DNA of 32,000 nt from Candidatus Saccharimonadota bacterium. Its GTDB lineage: Archaea > Micrarchaeota > Micrarchaeia > Micrarchaeales > Micrarchaeaceae. The notes under the pieces were generated by a model. It worked only from the letters and a program-made list of their open reading frames with translations, made no database searches and had not been told where the DNA came from. The DNA lies in NCBI GenBank assembly GCA_963698035.1, contig OY969114.1, positions 90,001 through 122,000 on the forward strand, read 5' to 3'. Both the position numbers and the translations under genes were made by a program. Shown in pieces: positions 6,942 to 16,039 of the stretch; within the stretch, counting starts at the first letter, position 1; the number at the start of each line of letters is the position of its first letter.

Positions 6942-7927
6942 GCTTTTAGATAGGCCATAGAGCTTATTATGTCACTGGTTTTGTTGACAATGAGATAAGC
7001 TCCTAGAACGGGCACCCGTACCACTTTATATGAGATTCCTCTGAACTCCTCTGTAACATGGAACATGAAATTGTTATTCATCTGTGTTAAAACGCCGAAT
7101 TCTGCGCAGCTGCCCAAGGTACTAAAATTCAGGGCGCCCCTAGTTCCAAGAGCCGTAACACCACCGGCATTCATTTTTATGTAATTAAGATACTCCTGAA
7201 ACGGCGCAACTCCGAGATTACTTATGCCAGAATAATTACGCATATAGAACTCAATCGCAGGTTGGTTTGCAGAGAAGGCGACCTTGAATGAGGTATTGCT
7301 ACCGGCGGAGCAGACGGGAACTAGCGCATAGTTTATCGGCACAACAATTCCCGCGCTCAGGTTGTAGCTCCTGGTCAAGATCGAATTATAGATTGGGATT
7401 GTCTGATTGACATACGTTTGATGATAATACGCTAAACTGACCGGCCAGAAAGGTCCGATTATAAGTATAAGCGCTATGATAAATAGTAGATATGAGAGAC
7501 CAGCACTGTTGCGCCAAATGAATTTCTTAATTTTTTTTACTTTTGATTCAAGAGAATAATTCTGGATTATTGTGTAGATGATGAAAGCGATAAGGCAATC
7601 TACCAACAGATAGTATCCAAGTGCATTGAGATTGTTCCCTATTTTCTGCATGCGTAGATAGAAAATCGTCCAAGTGGGGGGAGGAAACGAGAGGTATAAT
7701 GTGCTCCCAACTATAACAAACCCAAGCATCACTAAGATTACTTGCTTGATGTACTTTGGATATATAGACAGAATGGGGACTATTAGGACGAGGGTCAGGA
7801 GATAGGAATACAATGGCTTAGTGTTCAATATTAAAAAGTCCAAAATCAAGAAGACGGCAAGCAGAGAGTAGAGAAGCACATTCGCCCCCTTGATATAGGC
7901 GGTCAATCTTAATTTGATTTGCTTCAT
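6893..7927 (-). CDS. Integral membrane protein of unknown function: ~5 N-terminal TM helices plus a ~180-aa extracytoplasmic domain
   Basis: The 344-aa ORF starts 1 nt after the stop of the upstream 776-aa gene (TAA-G-ATG). The N-terminal half is hydrophobic. The C-terminal half contains 6 N-X-S/T sequons by my count. I recognise no family motif. Confidence 0.6.
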   Translation of the reverse strand: MKQIKLRLTAYIKGANVLLYSLLAVFLILDFLILNTKPLYSYLLTLVLIVPILSIYPKYIKQVILVMLGFVIVGSTLYLSFPPPTWTIFYLRMQKIGNNLNALGYYLLVDCLIAFIIYTIIQNYSLESKVKKIKKFIWRNSAGLSYLLFIIALILIIGPFWPVSLAYYHQTYVNQTIPIYNSILTRSYNLSAGIVVPINYALVPVCSAGSNTSFKVAFSANQPAIEFYMRNYSGISNLGVAPFQEYLNYIKMNAGGVTALGTRGALNFSTLGSCAEFGVLTQMNNNFMFHVTEEFRGISYKVVRVPVLGAYLIVNKTSDIISSMAYLKAYILPASSPQTSTAST

Positions 7928-7928
7928 C

Positions 7929-10259
7929 TTATCGCCTTTTTCTCCTTACAAGCCCAAAGCACCCAATACAGATGGTGAATCCGAGCGCACCGAGGCTTAT
8001 TGCCCATGTAATCCATGCGAGCGTCTGCGGTGCATAGTACAGCGTCATGGTGTAATTGCCGGTTTTGGTTATATACCATGCATTAGCAAAACCGTTGACC
8101 TGGATGTGTTCACTCTGATTTACCATACTTCCATTGCTGTAAAAGGCATTCCATCCGGGATCGTATGTCTCCCTGAATACAAGATAGAAGGGGCTTGTGG
8201 CATTAGAGACTTTTACATCAACCCTCGTGGGAGAACTGTAATCAAATGAAATGTCTGCCTGCTTAAAATTTGATATCCATGAAATGGGAATCTTTCCGCT
8301 GCTATTATAAAGACCGATGCTCTGCGTGGTGTAAATTGCAGTATTGCTTGTGTCAAACGTGCTATTTCCCATAGCATCAAAGACCGCACCGCTAGAGGAG
8401 TTGCCTATGCTCTTAATATTGGACGAATAGACAAGGGGAGTATAATTAATAACTTCGAAGATGGCAGAAGTATTATAGGATGTTACGTATTTGATGCTTT
8501 TTGACCTATTGAGATTATAATATATCATGCTCTCGTTCCAGACAGGTGCCAGGGGCGAGGAACTGCTCATGTGCAACGTGTCACCCTGTATTATGATGTA
8601 TTTTATCCCAAACACGCTGAATATATTAGATATGGAATAATTAACACTGGATGTAGAAATTTTCCCGTTAAGATAATTATAATAGCTTTGTGGGAACCAG
8701 GGGCTAAAACCTTCATCATAAACATCGCCAAGGCCGGTATATACGGGTGATTTAATTAGCGACTGGTATACGTTGGTACCGGTGTACCAATTGCTAACCT
8801 GCCAACTAGTAAGTGGGGATACTTCCGGGAGAGTTCCGACAGAAAAAGTACCATTCTGCGAGTTGATGTAGTTAGATATATTATAAACATATGCGGGAAC
8901 CGTGCTTAGACCGGGGGTGTTAGCGGCATTGGTTATGCCTAGCGACAATTCCAACGCTTGCGCACCGACTGGAGTGTGTAGTGTGTTTTGTTCAATCGGT
9001 ATATAATCGTAATTGTAAAGGTATACCACTATGAAAATTAATATAGCAACAATAAATAGGATCAGGTACACATTGTGCTTGTTATTAATTATTCCTGATA
9101 TGTTGGCTACAGCATATCCTATCAACAAAGAGGAAAGAAAAGTGAGTATGGGATAGCTGTGTTCGACCAGAAATATCCATGTATATGGCACGTCACTATA
9201 CAGGGTTGTTATAAATCCTGAGAAAGGGGTACTGAGCGTGCTTAGGTTCAGAAAGAGAAAATATGAAATAACAGCTCCTAGAACAAACACTTTGCTTGGG
9301 TCTTTGGGATCAAATTTAAGCAGCGACCCAAATACAGCTACAAAAAATAAGAGCATTAGAAAAATGGTAATAATTGAGTATGGTGTCCCAAAAAGAGTAA
9401 ACATGCTGAATGCATAAAGTATAGCTCCGTTGCTGTACTGCGTGTAGACAATTTTATTGCCTGTTACTGTTTGGTTGTAGATGCTCTTTTGATTTTGGAT
9501 TAGAAGATAGTTGGTTACAGGCGTTGGGAGGAATATCGCCAAAGCTAATAATATCGAAATTAGGGTGGTGATGGCCGCTCTATAGAATCTGATTTTCCTG
9601 CCATACACCACAATAACAAAAATGGAGAAGAATAGGATTAGGGATAGATTTTGAATGAAGTATTCCGCGCCTCCGATGCTCAATGTAATGGTGATTGCTA
9701 GGGTCAGGAGCGAAAATGTCAGGAGAGTCTGACGATTTTTAAAAGAGATTGGATCTGGACTTAATATTACCCTATATAAAAGCAAGAAGACCCATGGTAA
9801 AAATACTGCCGCATCTAACTGGCCACCAAAAGGCTCTGTGAAGGTTATTGTAAAAAATATTGCAGATACGTACGCACCAAAAAATGCAAATTTTTTATTA
9901 AATTTTTTAGAAAGTTCCAAAACGAGTAGAAATATGCCTATACCCCCTATTGTCAGGAAAAGCCATGTATCGAATACCTCAAAGGCCTTCATACTAAGAA
10001 TTAATTGTATTGGAGTAAAAACTATCCCGATAAGCAGACCGATTGATCCAGAGAATGCTGTTATAATTCCTGAATAGTTTAATGGCTGCCAGATGAACAA
10101 CGAATTATATAGGTAGGATAGGCCGAATAGTGATAAACTTTGGTCGCCTTGCAGCGGGTGATAGATACTTGCATAAATAAGTGTGTTGATCAGCACCATT
10201 AGCGAAATTATGATGCATGCCCCTCTTTTTGACAGAATGTTGTTTGTAATGCGACCCAT
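7929..10259 (-). CDS. Large polytopic membrane protein, GT-C-like (YfhO/AglB-like topology); candidate glycan transferase or polymerase
   Basis: The 776-aa protein has a dozen or so hydrophobic segments across the first ~440 aa. A ~330-aa Asn/Ser/Thr/Tyr-rich domain follows, with 14 N-X-S/T sequons by my count. It ends in a single TM helix (LAWITWAISLGALGFTICIGCFGLV) and an RRKRR tail. No WWDYG motif is present, so it is not a canonical AglB. Confidence 0.55.
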   Translation of the reverse strand: MGRITNNILSKRGACIIISLMVLINTLIYASIYHPLQGDQSLSLFGLSYLYNSLFIWQPLNYSGIITAFSGSIGLLIGIVFTPIQLILSMKAFEVFDTWLFLTIGGIGIFLLVLELSKKFNKKFAFFGAYVSAIFFTITFTEPFGGQLDAAVFLPWVFLLLYRVILSPDPISFKNRQTLLTFSLLTLAITITLSIGGAEYFIQNLSLILFFSIFVIVVYGRKIRFYRAAITTLISILLALAIFLPTPVTNYLLIQNQKSIYNQTVTGNKIVYTQYSNGAILYAFSMFTLFGTPYSIITIFLMLLFFVAVFGSLLKFDPKDPSKVFVLGAVISYFLFLNLSTLSTPFSGFITTLYSDVPYTWIFLVEHSYPILTFLSSLLIGYAVANISGIINNKHNVYLILFIVAILIFIVVYLYNYDYIPIEQNTLHTPVGAQALELSLGITNAANTPGLSTVPAYVYNISNYINSQNGTFSVGTLPEVSPLTSWQVSNWYTGTNVYQSLIKSPVYTGLGDVYDEGFSPWFPQSYYNYLNGKISTSSVNYSISNIFSVFGIKYIIIQGDTLHMSSSSPLAPVWNESMIYYNLNRSKSIKYVTSYNTSAIFEVINYTPLVYSSNIKSIGNSSSGAVFDAMGNSTFDTSNTAIYTTQSIGLYNSSGKIPISWISNFKQADISFDYSSPTRVDVKVSNATSPFYLVFRETYDPGWNAFYSNGSMVNQSEHIQVNGFANAWYITKTGNYTMTLYYAPQTLAWITWAISLGALGFTICIGCFGLVRRKRR

Positions 10260-10353
10260 AAATACCCCGTTGTCATCTTACTCTTATAAGACCTCTAGAA
10301 TAATGGCATTGGTTATCTTGTTTAATAAGAATGGCGTAAAACCCACACCGATA

Positions 10354-11319
10354 TTATATTCTTTCTGCATAGAGATATCCGCAATATAATATTTCCTGAG
10401 GGGGTCTACAAACGAAGGGCATCGTATGCGTGACCCTGAACCCGCATTCCTCAAGCCATTTTGTTAGCACTTTGTAACCATAATGGTATTCCATCACAAT
10501 CTGGCTGAACTTTCTCAGCGTCTTTCTTGAACTATTTAAAATTGATGGATATTCCCATCCCTCGCAATCCATCTTCAATACTGCATCGTTTATATTGTAA
10601 GTTTTTAATAAAGTATCAAAGCAAATTAGAGGGACTGTCTTCCTTTTTTTGGAGGGTTTTAATTCTGAAAATTCTGAAGTGTCGAAGGAAATGTTTTTGT
10701 CGGTCGGGCTTAGTTCTATTGAACCGTCTCTTGCATCTATGCCTGCATTTATTGCTATCACCTTATTGCTTATTGGCTTGCTTGCCTTTACATTCTTTAG
10801 CAACCTGTTGAAATGATATGGGTATGGCTCTAACGCATACACTCTTTTCGCCCCCTCCAATGCATAGTATAATGCCGTATCCCCTATAAATGCACCTATG
10901 TCTACAACAGTTTTATCTTTAACATTCAATCGATGATAAGCACCTAAAATTATATCATTTATAAGCGAAACTATTACTTCTTGTTCCCTGTCTGTGGAAT
11001 AATTGAATACTGCACTTCCAACATTTATTGTGCGCTTATTGATTTTTATATGTAAATGCGGATGTCTTTTGGCACTCTCCCGAAGGACAAGGAGAGGAAA
11101 GACTTTAGCATATTCATCCTTATCTTTTATTGCTACTGTTCTGCCGTCTTTCAATTTTAAATTGATGCCACTTACGAACCCCAATTTGAAGAATACAAGA
11201 GCCCACCAATTATTGAAAATATTTGCATAATTCAATAAGTCAGAAAATAATACTGCGGGATAACCCAATCTCGACTTCGCCTGTATCTTTTCTGTTATTG
11301 TTATTGGTGGATGCCACAT
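10354..11319 (-). CDS. FkbM-family SAM-dependent methyltransferase with a ~110-aa N-terminal extension
   Basis: VVDIGAFIGDTALYYALEGAKRVYALEP (SAM-binding DIGAxxG) and ...LKMDCEGWEY..., as in the FkbM (Methyltransf_21-type) domain. Confidence 0.8.
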   Translation of the reverse strand: MWHPPITITEKIQAKSRLGYPAVLFSDLLNYANIFNNWWALVFFKLGFVSGINLKLKDGRTVAIKDKDEYAKVFPLLVLRESAKRHPHLHIKINKRTINVGSAVFNYSTDREQEVIVSLINDIILGAYHRLNVKDKTVVDIGAFIGDTALYYALEGAKRVYALEPYPYHFNRLLKNVKASKPISNKVIAINAGIDARDGSIELSPTDKNISFDTSEFSELKPSKKRKTVPLICFDTLLKTYNINDAVLKMDCEGWEYPSILNSSRKTLRKFSQIVMEYHYGYKVLTKWLEECGFRVTHTMPFVCRPPQEILYCGYLYAERI

Positions 11320-11368
11320 ACTACCGCTTGCGTTATTTGTTTTAGTAAAATATAATCCTCTAAGGCTC

Positions 11369-12262
11369 TTATTTTTTTGAGCTGAACTTCTCGCTTAAGT
11401 ATTTTATAGCTGCCGTAGTATCTGTAAACTTATATTCGCCAATCGTCTCAAAGAGCCTTCTGGTGTCCGCCTGCGTATGATATTGATAGGTTGAGAGGGG
11501 ATTCGGAACAAATTTCTTGCCATCTTTTTGTATTAGGTCTGCTATCTCATTGAAACTTATCGCTTTTCCTGTCCCGATGTTGTACACGGGATACGTTCCT
11601 TTCTCAAGCAGCATAAGAGAAATATTTACTGCATCGTCTATATATATGTAATCCCTGCTCTGCTTTCCATCTCCGTATACCAAGAGTGGCTTGCCCTCCT
11701 CGCGCTGGCGCAGGAACTGCCCCACGACGCTTGCGTGTGGACCTTTCTCATCATCGCCAAGACCGAAGACGTTGAAGTATCGCACCCCAACTATATCCAT
11801 CTTGTATATATCCAGATATGAATGCGCTATCATCTCATTTATCATCTTTGACTTAGCATAGTGGTTACGCTGCTTCTTGATATCGATGATGGCGTTCTCG
11901 GAGAAATCATCGAGATACATAGACGCGCTAGATGCATAGAAGAATCTTTTTACTCCGTGCTTCTGTGCTGCGTCAATAACATTTATGAAACCATTTACAT
12001 TTGTGCTGTAGCACCTTGCCGGGTCTTCTATAAAGGCTACTGGAGAGGTTATGGCAGCAAGATGCATAACATAATCTACACCCGTCATTGCGTTCTTTAC
12101 GGTCTCTGGATCTCTGATATCGCCCTCGATGTGCTTTGCACCCTCTACAACCGGATCTTCTAGGTCTAGCCCAACGACATTGTAACCCGACTCGATGGCC
12201 TTCCTTACCATGTGCCTGCCGATGAACCCTGAAGATCCTGTTATAAGTAGTCTTCCCTGCAT
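11369..12262 (-). CDS. NAD-dependent nucleotide-sugar epimerase (SDR, GalE/WbpP-like)
   Basis: Rossmann motif ITGSSGFIGRH, a YASSASMY serine region, and catalytic YAKSK (YxxxK). Confidence 0.85.
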   Translation of the reverse strand: MQGRLLITGSSGFIGRHMVRKAIESGYNVVGLDLEDPVVEGAKHIEGDIRDPETVKNAMTGVDYVMHLAAITSPVAFIEDPARCYSTNVNGFINVIDAAQKHGVKRFFYASSASMYLDDFSENAIIDIKKQRNHYAKSKMINEMIAHSYLDIYKMDIVGVRYFNVFGLGDDEKGPHASVVGQFLRQREEGKPLLVYGDGKQSRDYIYIDDAVNISLMLLEKGTYPVYNIGTGKAISFNEIADLIQKDGKKFVPNPLSTYQYHTQADTRRLFETIGEYKFTDTTAAIKYLSEKFSSKK

Positions 12263-12324
12263 TAACTCGACCTAGTCTCGCTTTTACTCTGATTGTTTGG
12301 ATATTTATTTATTACGTTTCAGGA

Positions 12325-12392
12325 TAGCTTTGCTAATAAAGCCAATTAATTAGCAGACTGAATTAGCAGTTTCATTACTTTATTAGCAGACT
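12325..12392. promoter_or_regulatory. Intergenic ATTAGCA-box array (locus 2), homologous to 6637-6705
   Basis: TGCTAAT (12331-12337) plus three ATTAGCAG boxes (12349-12356, 12362-12369, 12382-12389) and an AATTAATT palindrome. The array lies in a 165-nt spacer, ~62 nt upstream of the SDR epimerase start (12262, minus). Confidence 0.45.
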
Positions 12393-12427
12393 ATTCTGTC
12401 ATGCTATCAAGAAGGTCTTGATCTGTG

Positions 12428-13129
12428 TCATTTTGCCTGCCTCCAAGCTCCCATTATTCCGCATCTGTTCTTGTCGGTAGGACCTATATCCTTTATCTTG
12501 AATCCCTTGCCTTGCAACACCTTCGCCACTTCATCGTGGCATCCCCAATGATACTCCAGTATTATCGCATAAACCTTGCTTAAGTCTGCATCTGGGAATA
12601 TAATTTTCTCGTCTCCCTCTACGTCGCACTTTATGGCTATATGTCCGTTTATCCCTTTGATTATGTGGTCTAGGGTATGCTGGCTTATTTTCCATCTGCC
12701 CTTTCCATTTACCTTGCTTAATGCCCAGCCCTTTCCTGCCCAGCCTCCCCATTCGTCGCTGTATATTACGCCATCAGTATTGGTTATCGCTGCGTTGTTG
12801 AATTGTATCTTTTCCTTGTATCTGTTTGTTTCAAGCATCCGCTTTGCCAAGTCATAGGTCTTTGGTACTGGCTCGAAGGATATGACCTTTTTTACATTTG
12901 GAGAACTTGCGAAATATATTGATGCATCGCCCATGCTTGCGCCTATGTCCAGCAGTGTTGTGTTCGGCTTGAGCCTTTTGAGAAGCCACCTGTATTGCTC
13001 TTTTATGAATGTCTCTTCCATCTGCCCTGATTTCACGTCCATTGCCCAATATTTCTGCCTTGTCTTTGCTGGGCTTCTTATGAATTCCATTGCCCTGCGC
13101 AAGCCCCATTCTGCGTTTGATTCGGTCAT
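12428..13129 (-). CDS. FkbM-family methyltransferase (tandem paralog 2)
   Basis: LLDIGASMGDASIYFAS...VISFEP...IKCDVEGDEKIIFPDADLSKVYAIILEYHWG. A strong SD-like GGAGGG sits 7 nt upstream of the ATG. Confidence 0.8.
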   Translation of the reverse strand: MTESNAEWGLRRAMEFIRSPAKTRQKYWAMDVKSGQMEETFIKEQYRWLLKRLKPNTTLLDIGASMGDASIYFASSPNVKKVISFEPVPKTYDLAKRMLETNRYKEKIQFNNAAITNTDGVIYSDEWGGWAGKGWALSKVNGKGRWKISQHTLDHIIKGINGHIAIKCDVEGDEKIIFPDADLSKVYAIILEYHWGCHDEVAKVLQGKGFKIKDIGPTDKNRCGIMGAWRQAK

Positions 13130-13130
13130 G

Positions 13131-13781
13131 TTAATCCCTCCATGCTCCCAGCATTCCGCTGCCCTCTTTGTTGAGAGATGTCAATTCTACTGTCTTGAAG
13201 CCCTTGCCTGCGAAAACCCGTTTCATCTCATCCCTGCAATACCAATGATCTTCCAGAATTATCGCATAGACCTTTGAGAGGTCTGCATCTGGGAATATAA
13301 TTTTCTCGTCTCCTTCGCAGTCACACTTTATAGCTATAGGCTTATGTATGTCTTTTGTTATCTGATTTAGGGTATATAATTGTATTTTTCTTCCGCCGTG
13401 CTGCTCCTTCATAGTGCTGAACTGCCTGCTATCCAATACTTCTTTGCTGCCAATCTTGAAGCCCTCTTTGTCGGATACCGCTGCATTGTTGAATTCTATC
13501 TTGCCCTTTAACGGGCACTTCTGAAGCAGCTCCATCGCCCCGTTATATAGACCTGGTGTTGGTTCGAACGAGATAACTTTGCTCACGTTTGGGAACTGCG
13601 CGAAATAGAGTGCCGTATCGCCTATGCTCCCCCCTATATCTATTACTACCGTATCTGGCCTAAGTCTTTCTGCTAACCAATGATAGGGTTGTTCTACGAA
13701 GGTCTCGCTTAAATGCTCCGCCTTGCTGAAGTGCAGCTTGTACCTTGCGGGCAGATGCTCTTGTATCCAGTGCTTCATCAT
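13131..13781 (-). CDS. FkbM-family methyltransferase (tandem paralog 1)
   Basis: VIDIGGSIGDTALYFAQ...VISFEP...IKCDCEGDEKIIFPDADLSKVYAIILEDHW. The stop is 1 nt from the next gene's ATG. Confidence 0.8.
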   Translation of the reverse strand: MMKHWIQEHLPARYKLHFSKAEHLSETFVEQPYHWLAERLRPDTVVIDIGGSIGDTALYFAQFPNVSKVISFEPTPGLYNGAMELLQKCPLKGKIEFNNAAVSDKEGFKIGSKEVLDSRQFSTMKEQHGGRKIQLYTLNQITKDIHKPIAIKCDCEGDEKIIFPDADLSKVYAIILEDHWYCRDEMKRVFAGKGFKTVELTSLNKEGSGMLGAWRD

Positions 13782-13813
13782 AATCGCCTTTGTTTATCCT
13801 TTGTAGTAGTTGG

Positions 13814-14887
13814 TCACGCTAATCCCCTCGCCGTCCTATACGCCTTCAATGTGTTCTGAATCTGCGCCTTCCATGTGAATCTCCTTGCATACTCTGTTGA
13901 GGCCTTCCTGCTGCTGTCCGAGTATCCGTTCTGCTTTAGCTTAACGAACAGGCTCGCCATCTCGGATTCATCCCTTGCCTCGAGGCAGTGCCTGCTCACC
14001 TCCTCCGCCATGCTGGCGCCCTTCATGACTATCACTGGCAGGCCCCGGGCCTGCGCCTCTATTATCGGTATGCCGAAACCCTCGCTTATCGTAGGGAAGA
14101 CAAACACGTCAAACGAATCGTAGATCGAGACCATCCTGTCCTCCGGTGCCAAGCCCATGTATCTTATCCTTTTGTCCTTGCCTATTGCATCTTGAAGCTC
14201 TGGATACATCTGGCCGGGCAACCCATATATCCTGAACTCGATGTCGCTGTCCTTTATCGTGCTCAAAGCCCGCACCGCCATTATCACGTTCTTGTTCTCC
14301 CCAAGACCACCGATATATCCTATCCTGAACTTATGTGGCTCCATTCCGTGCTTCGGCTCCCTGATGTATTTGTCCTTTATGGAGTCGGTCACAAGCATCA
14401 TCCTTTCCTTTGGATAGCCAAGCTGCTCGCATTCGTTCATAACTTTCGTGCTTCTGGCTATTATGAAATCCGACCACAATGCCAGCCTGTATGTGTTCTT
14501 GACTACCAGCTCGTACCAGAGCCTTGTCTTCAGCCCAAAATGCCTGACTTCTGGTTGGGTTTTGGGGTAGAGTATGGGGTTGAGGCTGTGCATCGTTGCG
14601 ACCTGAGTTGTGCCATCCTTCCTCATTGCATAGAGGAGGTCTGGTCCTGGATTGTGGATTATGTCGTATTCCTTGAAGCTCCTTAGCAGGTTGCTCTTGA
14701 AGAATGCTACTCCTGCTCCCATACCCATAAACCTCTTTGGCGTCTGTATGCAGGTAACCTCGAAGCCCTTGTTCTCATGCTCCACCATGCCTTCATACAA
14801 GCCATGAAAGTAATTGTTCATCCCACCTGGCTCCTTGTTGCCCAGCGAGTCCGCCGTGTAGAGCAATGCCACTTTTAGGTTCGTCAT
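13814..14887 (-). CDS. GT-B glycosyltransferase (GT4 / Glycos_transf_1-type)
   Basis: EX7E-type motif region PTISEGFGIPIIEAQARGLPVIV. It is a paralog of 20274..21347 and 26145..27218. Start chosen at MTNLKVALLY (ATG 14887), preceded by the SD-like gggag; the ORF-track start 14908 adds 7 codons. Confidence 0.85.
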   Translation of the reverse strand: MTNLKVALLYTADSLGNKEPGGMNNYFHGLYEGMVEHENKGFEVTCIQTPKRFMGMGAGVAFFKSNLLRSFKEYDIIHNPGPDLLYAMRKDGTTQVATMHSLNPILYPKTQPEVRHFGLKTRLWYELVVKNTYRLALWSDFIIARSTKVMNECEQLGYPKERMMLVTDSIKDKYIREPKHGMEPHKFRIGYIGGLGENKNVIMAVRALSTIKDSDIEFRIYGLPGQMYPELQDAIGKDKRIRYMGLAPEDRMVSIYDSFDVFVFPTISEGFGIPIIEAQARGLPVIVMKGASMAEEVSRHCLEARDESEMASLFVKLKQNGYSDSSRKASTEYARRFTWKAQIQNTLKAYRTARGLA

Positions 14888-14997
14888 GCTGTACACTCCC
14901 GTTTGCATTTATCTATATTCAACTATTTATTAATATTGCTATAATAAGGTGTCAATAAATAGGTAAATTAAGTCAGCAAGCCCGTTTGTAGAGGCTA

Positions 14998-15939
14998 TTA
15001 AGTAGAATTTGATTTATACCATTCTACTGTCTTTCGAAGTCCTTCTTCAAACGTGTATTTGGGCGACCAGCCTAGCTCGTTTCTGATCTTCGTGGGGTCG
15101 ATAGCGTATCTTACATCATGTCCCAATCTGTCCGTAACGTGCTTTATCAGCGTTTCTGGTTTGCCCAAAAGTTCTAGAATCATCTTGATGACATCTATAT
15201 TATGCTTCTCCTGATCCGCACCTACTAAATAAGTTTCACCGGGAACGCCCTTTGTAAGTATGCTTTCCAGAGCTGAGCAATGGTCATCTACATAAATCCA
15301 ATCTCTTACCTGCATGCCGCTTGCATAAACTGGTATATCCTTGTTATTCAGGGCATTTGTTATTGTTTTTGGTATGAGCTTCTCGGTGTGTTGCCTTAGT
15401 CCGAAATTGTTGCTGCAGTTCGATATCGTTACTTTCATTTTGTATGTATTGTAATAGGCCCTTACCAAGTGATCCGCTGCAGCCTTTGTAGCTGCGTATG
15501 GATTTCTCGGGGCGTATGGGGATTTCTCGCTGAATCTCTTTTTTGACCTCAATGACAAGGAACCGTATACCTCATCGGTAGAAACCTGATGGAATCGCTT
15601 CTCGTATTTCTTAGCTGCATCAAGAAGGGTATGCACGCCAACAATGTTTGAATGAATGAAAGCCTTCGATGAAAGTATTGAGTTGTCAACATGGCTCTCC
15701 GCCGCGAAGTTGATTATGGCATCCACATCTTTAACAATATTATCTACAGTGCTTTCATCTGCGATGTCGCCCTTAACAAAACTGTAGTTGAATTTTTCTG
15801 TACCTGTCAGATTCGACAGGTTTGCAGCGTATGTCAACTTGTCGATGTTTACTATTTCATCCCTCGGATGATTACTAAACCAGTAGTGTATGAAATTAGA
15901 GCCAATAAAACCAGCGCCGCCGGTAACAAGCAGTTTCAT
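14998..15939 (-). CDS. rmlB: dTDP-glucose 4,6-dehydratase
   Basis: MKLLVTGGAGFIGSNF, STDEVYG and YAATKAAADHL (YxxxK). The ORF-track N-terminal extension (15940-16038) is non-homologous and was rejected. Confidence 0.9.
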   Translation of the reverse strand: MKLLVTGGAGFIGSNFIHYWFSNHPRDEIVNIDKLTYAANLSNLTGTEKFNYSFVKGDIADESTVDNIVKDVDAIINFAAESHVDNSILSSKAFIHSNIVGVHTLLDAAKKYEKRFHQVSTDEVYGSLSLRSKKRFSEKSPYAPRNPYAATKAAADHLVRAYYNTYKMKVTISNCSNNFGLRQHTEKLIPKTITNALNNKDIPVYASGMQVRDWIYVDDHCSALESILTKGVPGETYLVGADQEKHNIDVIKMILELLGKPETLIKHVTDRLGHDVRYAIDPTKIRNELGWSPKYTFEEGLRKTVEWYKSNST

Positions 15940-16039
15940 TCTATCACACATGTTTATGTTGTCTATTTCGCAGAAATTAAGCAGTATGCAGTCTTTTGCC
16001 GTTGCAAACCTTGCAGATATAATCAGCCATGCAATCACC

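Noticed and set aside
7929-10259. Calling the 776-aa membrane protein the oligosaccharyltransferase AglB.
   Set aside because: No WWDYG or DK/MI-type motif is visible. Only the general GT-C-like topology is supported, so the call is kept generic.
6900-11320. Apparent low-GC block (single 60-nt lines hand-counted at roughly 23-35% GC in 8400-9360, versus ~53% in the ATPase gene) as evidence of horizontal transfer.
   Set aside because: Hand counts elsewhere in the island were heterogeneous (38-53%). The AT-rich stretch codes for Ile/Leu/Phe/Asn/Tyr-rich membrane proteins, so amino-acid composition may explain it. A sliding-window GC and codon-usage computation is needed before any claim.
14899-14988. 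The 8-mer cccgtttg repeated 82 nt apart, flanking the A/T-rich spacer upstream of the GT4 gene 13814..14887.
   Set aside because: It is too short to separate from chance, given how many intergenic regions were inspected by eye.
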